A program made the translations under genes and the position numbers. The notes under the pieces were generated by a model that was not told the origin of the DNA, did no database searches, and saw nothing but the letters and a program-made list of their open reading frames with translations. A stretch of 63,849 bases of DNA, the filler included, from Octopus bimaculoides (lineage: Eukaryota): assembly GCF_001194135.2 (NCBI RefSeq). It is 6 parts of 6 records of this genome, joined end to end, with 100 filler letters (N's around TTAATTAATTAA, not from the genome) between each part and the next. Parts side by side here need not be neighbours in the genome. Positions count along the whole stretch, not along the records: positions 61,740 to 63,849 come from NW_026398648.1; 5 more parts are not named here. One strand, given 5' to 3'. This document shows positions 61,994-63,849 of the stretch, in pieces (within the stretch, counting starts at the first letter, position 1; each line of letters begins with the position of its first letter).

Positions 61994-63489
61994 AAACATA
62001 TTCAGTCCAAAGATTACATCACAAAGAAAAAATCACAAAGAAAAAAGAGAGAGAAAAAGGAAAAGTCCATTTGGTATTATCCATTGTAATATGCTTGTCC
62101 TTTAAATTGTTATATTTACATAAAAGTTCCTTGGTATTCAAAAATCTGTCCATATTGTACCACAATTCAGGGTAGAGTGAATGATAAATAAATATAAACT
62201 AGTGTATATGAGATAAAAGGAGAGGATCAAAAATGAAAGAAGTTAGAGGTTAAACAATATAAAATACGAAAAAAAAACAATATAAAATAAGAGATAAAAT
62301 ACAAAAATAATAGAAGTCAAATCGAGAGTAATATAAGAAAAAATATGGATAATAAAGTAAGATGGATATAAAAGATTTAGTAGGGTTGGAATAAGGTAAT
62401 AAAGGAAATAAAGGAATTGGGATAAAGAAATGGAAGAAATAAAAAAATGAAATAAAAGAAGTAAAGAGAAAGAGGAATAAGAAAAAACCTAAAAATAGAA
62501 AAAGAGATAAAGAGAAATAAGGAGATAAGATCCCAAATGGCAAAAATACATGATGTTGTCTTGGCCAGGAATAGTGGGGGATCATAAATAATTTCTTAGC
62601 TAGAGTAAGGTTGAAATATGATATCCTTGTGATGAGTGGTCAGTTTACCCAACGTACACCACTACAACTTAAGTATATGAACTTATCTATTATATTGGTA
62701 CATACACTTACTTAGAAGGTAAATAAATAAATGATGGAAGTGGTAAAGAGTAATTAGAAAGTATAAAACCTAAAAAAAAGAAAAATTAGAAAATGTAAAA
62801 AAAGGTTAGAAAATATAAAGAGGAAAACTAGGGTTGAAGTTAAAAATTAAAAATAAAAAGTATGGGAAACAATTATAATAGTAGTAATATAATAGTAATA
62901 ATGAATTACATAATGTAATAGTAATAAAAAATAACAACAACAATAACAATAATAATATAGTGATTTGAAAAAGTACATTGATTGGAAAAATATTGTGATT
63001 GGGGAAGTTTCGGCTTATCTATTTGTGTAAATTATATGATATAGTGCAACTACTACTATAATCGTGTTTTAATCGTTTGGGTATTGCTATATGAAGTTAA
63101 AGGAGTCTGGGTTTGTATCTCCTAATGAATACTAGTATAATATTATTATAAAAACATTGAAGTGATGAGTGTTATTTAATGTTACCTTTGTGTATTGTAG
63201 TGTTATTCGAAATTTTAGAGCCAGTGACTAAATTGTTTAGTAATTTTCCTGTAAAAATGGGATTAAGGATCTCGGGTTATTAAATATGTGTGTACTATAT
63301 GGGGTCAGGATCTAGCTATGTGAGGGTAAAGTCAATAATTAAAGTAAATAGTTAAGTTGTTGGGGGTAGAGTACGGGCTTTGTTAATTCAATGCCTGAAT
63401 GGTGGCAGGATGGATCCGACGAGGGAATTACCAATGAGAGAAGATGATCAAGTGATTATAACTTAAAAGTGGGGACTTAAGGATTATAA

Positions 63490-63849
63490 TATTTAAAGGT
63501 CTTAATCAGTTTATGTATACAAGATGGTTTGAATTCTGATCTCTTATTAATTAGCTTGTTCTTTTATAAGTTGCGGCCGATCGAACTATGGACCATCTAA
63601 GGTTAAAGTTAATATTTTCGTCTTTAAGTTCCCATATTCTACGTGATAATGAAGTGCTATTAGCCTTATGCCTGAGTCTAAATGATGACTTATGGTTATA
63701 GAACCTAGATTTTCAGGATGAAGAGCACTCAAGGTAGGTGAGGGTATTCGTTTCAGTAATTATTTTGCAACTTAATGTGACAGTTCCATGACGGGAATAA
63801 TACTACTGCTATTTAGCCCTAGGGAGCAGCACCGCTTCCTGTCGGCCTT
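63490..63849 (-). mobile_element. Penelope-like element, decayed GIY-YIG endonuclease region (truncated by the window end)
   Basis: Translation with stops and frameshifts ..SSII/..GTVTLSCKIITETNTLTYLECSSS*KSRFYNHKSSFRLRHKANSTSLSRRIWELKDENINFNLRWSIVRSAATYKRTS/LINKRSEFKPSCIHK. This matches the PLE C-terminal pattern RY.NHKSSF...ST.LS..IWELK...LNKRSE...C.H. Confidence 0.85.

Noticed and set aside
61780-63849. Possible mitochondrial insertion (AT-rich, strand-biased)
   Set aside because: No mitochondrial gene could be translated. The recognisable part is a PLE GIY-YIG region.

Overview
AT-rich eukaryotic genomic DNA from a gapped draft assembly. The microsatellite load and SINE repertoire look like an octopus (coleoid cephalopod) genome; this is inference, not checked against a database. 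Most of the window is simple repeats, tRNA-headed SINEs and decayed transposons: R4/Dong-like RLE LINEs, L1/Tx1, RTE, Penelope-like (PLE), Tc1/mariner, pogo-like MITE and Helitron scraps. Most ORFs in the supplied track are microsatellite or N-gap artefacts. Credible host coding sequence is limited to three items: (i) three minus-strand exons (50054-50443, 48442-48571, 47592-47716) that splice in frame into about 215 aa of amphipathic-helical, apolipoprotein/apolipophorin-like sequence; (ii) a clean plus-strand exon at 7234-7365; (iii) an intact 185-aa orphan ORF at 10101-10658. There is also a diverged 5S rRNA copy. The most interesting signal is a set of minimal hammerhead-ribozyme (HHR) motifs of the PLE type in several short repeat families. 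One sits inside a tRNA-headed (Pol III) SINE-like element (61002-61335), one is in a roughly 200-bp palindrome (45070-45272), and one lies 3' of a decayed PLE GIY-YIG coding region (61895-61993). Together they suggest a PLE-dependent family of ribozyme-bearing non-autonomous elements; this is a hypothesis needing a copy-number search and cleavage assays.
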